31,333 nt of DNA, from the NCBI GenBank assembly GCA_965371515.1, contig CBDUYR010000030.1, forward strand, positions 1 to 31,333, given 5' to 3'. Below, piece by piece: positions 28,302 through 31,333 of this stretch. The notes beneath the pieces were generated by a model, which saw only the letters and a list, made by a program, of their open reading frames with translations, was not told where the DNA came from and searched no databases. Source of the stretch: an uncultured bacterium. GTDB taxonomy: Bacteria; Krumholzibacteriota; Krumholzibacteriia; Krumholzibacteriales; Krumholzibacteriaceae. A program made the translations under genes and the position numbers. Every line of letters begins with the position of its first letter. Within the stretch, counting starts at the first letter, position 1.

Positions 28302-28919
28302 TTATTCATCATCTTTTCGTGGATCAGCGTGAACCTCGATCACACCGTTTTCCTCGAGCATCTCGACGAGGTCCAGGATCTCCGGCGAGTACGATTCTTC
28401 TACGCCGGCCTTTTCCATGATGGCCGCAGTGCTCATCGAGTCGGCATTGGGGAATGGAAGGTGGAAGAGGAACGCTCCCTGGGCGTTTGTAAGATTGATC
28501 CGCCGTTCCTTCTTTCCCCGTCCCTCGCCCGACCAGACCGTTACCGAGCTGATGCGGTTTCCGCTCCTGGCCGTGGTGAATATCGCGCGCGAGTCCTTCT
28601 TCTCGCGGATCACTCTACCGGGCTCTTCCAGGGACTTGTCTCCGGTCATCCCCGCAAGATCGATATCCATGGTGATCCTCGACCTCGCGAGAGTGTAACG
28701 GAAGTACGGCCTCTTCTTCTCATAGACCTCTTCCCTGGACAGGATCCCGAGAGATTCCATCGCTTCGAGGAAGTCCTGTACCGTGCGTATGTGAAGTCCG
28801 AGCCTCGACGCTGCCTCTGAGGCCGAAATATCACGGTACCTGGCGAGCAGCATGAACATATCCCGGGCGTAGTCCTTCGAGATGAATGTTCCGAGTTTTG
28901 CTGCCGTAGCGAAATCCAT
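28302..28919 (-). CDS. Winged-HTH domain protein, putative regulator
   Basis: SASEAASRLGLHIRTVQDFLEAMESLGIL, plus a second wHTH-like C-terminal segment. Confidence 0.65.
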   Translation of the reverse strand: MDFATAAKLGTFISKDYARDMFMLLARYRDISASEAASRLGLHIRTVQDFLEAMESLGILSREEVYEKKRPYFRYTLARSRITMDIDLAGMTGDKSLEEPGRVIREKKDSRAIFTTARSGNRISSVTVWSGEGRGKKERRINLTNAQGAFLFHLPFPNADSMSTAAIMEKAGVEESYSPEILDLVEMLEENGVIEVHADPRKDDE

Positions 28920-28940
28920 TCTGATCCCTTGCCCTCTTGT

Positions 28941-29807
28941 TTATGAGAAAAAACCAACCTTGACTGCGTTAAGCCTGTCTATGATACGGACCGTCAGGTC
29001 CCTTCTGTACAGGTCGAGAAACTCGACATAGACATCAGCCAGCGAGTTGCAGAGCTGATCGAACGAGAGGTCGTCGCGGTAGAGATAATAGTCGTCCTTC
29101 GATATGTTGACGGTGACATTGCCATCGGAGGCGAAACAGACCCATGTGTCCTTCGAGATGTTCCGCGAAACGTTCCATAAGTGGCCGAATTCCTTCCCCA
29201 TCCTGACCGGGACGAGGTAGACCCTCTCCGATTCGATGTAAGAGAGGGATATCATGCGCCTGCCGCAAAATCGCGCGAATCCGAGGATCTCGTCCCAGGA
29301 GTAATCGGTCTTACCCGACGGGTATGGTCGTTCGGTGAATCCGTCGCCCAGGTCTTCAATCGGGGCGGCGGCGAGCTCGAGGATGTCGCGGCCGCGCCAC
29401 TTCGCCCTGCGGGTGAACATGAGGTAAAGGAGCGTCGCTATCGAAGGCAGGGTGAGGAGCTTGAACAGATTGAAGACCGTCCTGTCCCTGAATCCGAAGA
29501 GACTGTCAGGCGCGCTGGCTACTGCCAGTGTTGCGGTGAGCAGGTATACAGTCGATGCGATGTAGGCCAGCGACCCCGATCTTCTCTGGGCCGTGAAGGC
29601 AAAGCCGGTGAATCCCGCAAAAAGGATGGTGGCTGTCCACGCCACGCCTTGCCTCCCGAATATGACAGCCGCCGCCGCTATCACCAGGAGGGATACAAAC
29701 GCGGGCATGAGGCCGGCGAGCGAATGGTCGGGCTTGAGCTTCCTTTCGTAAGACATACCTTTCACCTCGCTGAAAACTGGTTTCGCACTCTCGAATCTCA
29801 TCGTCAT
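28941..29807 (-). CDS. Hypothetical membrane protein (about 4 N-terminal TM helices plus soluble domain)
   Basis: Hydrophobic stretches in the N-terminal half; codirectional with, and 21 bp from, the wHTH gene. Alternative start at 29756. Confidence 0.65.
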   Translation of the reverse strand: MTMRFESAKPVFSEVKGMSYERKLKPDHSLAGLMPAFVSLLVIAAAAVIFGRQGVAWTATILFAGFTGFAFTAQRRSGSLAYIASTVYLLTATLAVASAPDSLFGFRDRTVFNLFKLLTLPSIATLLYLMFTRRAKWRGRDILELAAAPIEDLGDGFTERPYPSGKTDYSWDEILGFARFCGRRMISLSYIESERVYLVPVRMGKEFGHLWNVSRNISKDTWVCFASDGNVTVNISKDDYYLYRDDLSFDQLCNSLADVYVEFLDLYRRDLTVRIIDRLNAVKVGFFS

Positions 29808-30008
29808 GCTGATTCCTTTTCTGTGAAGTACTCCAGGTTACGTTGTTAATAATGCTGTTATATACTTCATACAATCTGAAGTATATAAATATTGAATTGT
29901 TCTGTCAAGGGAATAATTGTTATGATAGCTGACAATAACAGTGTATTATTATAATAATTGAATGTCATACTTCTTGCCGCACATTTACATTTCCGGGAGT
30001 GCGAAGCG

Positions 30009-31295
30009 ATGAACAGACTCACCAGGATCCTGCACGTATTATCAGTATCGGCTGCTTTTCTGCTTTCAATGGTAATATCCACTTCAGCGGCGGGCCTCGT
30101 TCTGGGCCCGGAACAGACCGTCCAGGCCGGCGGAGTAGACATTACGGTGACTGGATACTCGGTGCCCTCGTTCATTTACTGGGACGGCGACGGCCTGAAG
30201 GACCTCGTGGTGGGTGAGGGGAGCGGGCTCACCGGGTTCGGCCTTGTCCGTGTCTATCTCAACAGCGGCACTCCCGGCAATCCCATCTTCACCGGATATT
30301 TCTACGCGCAGGCGAACGGATCTGATCTGCAGAGTCCGGGCGGAGGCTGACTTGGCATCTTTCCCCGCGTGGTCGACGCGGATCTGGATGGACGGAAGGA
30401 CCTGCTCGTAGGCGAAGCCGAGGGGAATATCAGGCTATATCTCAACATCAACATCGATGACGATCCATCCTTCGATGGTGGCACACTCCTTACGGTCGGT
30501 CCGTCCGGATCTAAAACAGTCATCGATGTCGGGCAGCGCACGACCCCGGTCGTAGTAGACTGGGACAACGACGGCAGAAGGGATATCATCGTTGGCGCCT
30601 GGGACGGGCTCGTGAGGCTCTACCGGAACACCGGCACTGACGCATCCTGGGATTTCGAATCGGAGGAGATAATCCTTGATGGAGGAATCGATCTTGTCGT
30701 TCCGGCCGTCCGTTCGAGTCCGCATGTCGAGGACCTCGATGGTGACGGGACGAAGGACCTTCTTACCGGCAACACGGCGGGTCAGATATTGACATATTTT
30801 AATAACGGCACCGATGCCGCGCCCGTCTTCAACGGATATACCGCTGTGGAGTCCGACGGTTCGGCGATTGACCTGGCCGGCGACCTGAGGTCACGACCCT
30901 TTGTGTGCGACTGGAACGACGACGGGATCATGGATCTCCTGATCGGGTACGGCGACGGCCTGGTAAGGCTCTACATCGGCATGTCTGACCTGACGGAATG
31001 CGTGTGCGAGACTCCTGTCTCCGTTCGGTTCCTGCCGGCATGGCCGAACCCGTTCAATCCCGTGACGACTATCGGGTTCGAGCTCGACATGACCAGGCCG
31101 GTGAGCCTCCGTATCTACGATGCCACAGGACGGCTCGTAAAGACCCTTGCCAACGGTATATTCGAGACGGGGCTTCACGAGAAGATATGGAACGGTACGG
31201 GGGACTACGGTCAGCGAGTCTCGAGCGGGTTATATTTTGCCAGGTTCGAATCAGGACAGTTCCGGCAGACGCAGAAACTCGTACTTCTCAGATGA
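30009..31295 (+). CDS. Secreted FG-GAP/VCBS-repeat protein with FlgD-Ig C-terminal domain; in-frame TGA at codon 114, candidate selenoprotein (428 aa)
   Basis: The two ORFs share one frame. Signal peptide, five P-x-x-x-DxDxDGxxDLxxG repeats and the PNPFNP CTD are continuous across TGA 30348-30350. Confidence 0.75.
30351..30390 (+). promoter_or_regulatory. Candidate bacterial SECIS element
   Basis: Upper stem CCGCGT/ACGCGG (30365-30370 and 30376-30381); loop GGTCG starting 20 nt after the UGA; possible lower stem CATCT/GGATG. Confidence 0.6.
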
Positions 31296-31333
31296 TCACC
31301 GGGACAGCTCGTCACAGTAGTCCGGCCAGTCGG

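Noticed and set aside
30348..30350. Genome-wide UGA reassignment (code 4 or 25) as the explanation for the in-frame TGA
   Set aside because: TGA ends carA, carB, relE, mazF, the SPFH gene and others at their expected family C-termini, including ATGA overlaps.
18882..31295. Diversity-generating retroelement-like template/variable repeats among the CTDs or C69 copies
   Set aside because: There is no reverse transcriptase in the window, and the differences are not adenine-specific; between the C69 copies they are mostly synonymous.

Overview
Bacterial window of about 31 kb with moderately high GC. Three genes or remnants end in an FlgD-Ig/T9SS-like C-terminal domain (…NPFNP…WNG…SGxYF…KxxLLR), which suggests an FCB-superphylum lineage such as Krumholzibacteriota or Latescibacterota (inference only). 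The first ~4.2 kb is a patchwork of intact envelope genes (class A acid phosphatase, two beta-barrel proteins) and gene scars: DUF1214-type C-termini, two different IS3-family ends, a decapitated gene tail and an internally deleted C69 dipeptidase copy. The remainder carries a beta-helix protein, a C69 dipeptidase, four type II toxin-antitoxin modules with clear promoters/operators, a MarR regulator, carAB, an SPFH protein, a GbsR-type regulator, a FadL plus DUF302-like pair, a secreted FlgD-CTD protein, a Ser/Thr kinase-TPR protein, an M28 peptidase and an Asp/Glu racemase. The top finding is that the two 'ORFs' at 29958-30350 and 30369-31295 form one reading frame for a secreted FG-GAP/VCBS-repeat protein. 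It is interrupted by a single in-frame TGA (GGG-U-LGIFP) followed immediately by a hairpin that fits the bacterial SECIS model, making it a candidate selenoprotein of an unusual secreted repeat-protein type.
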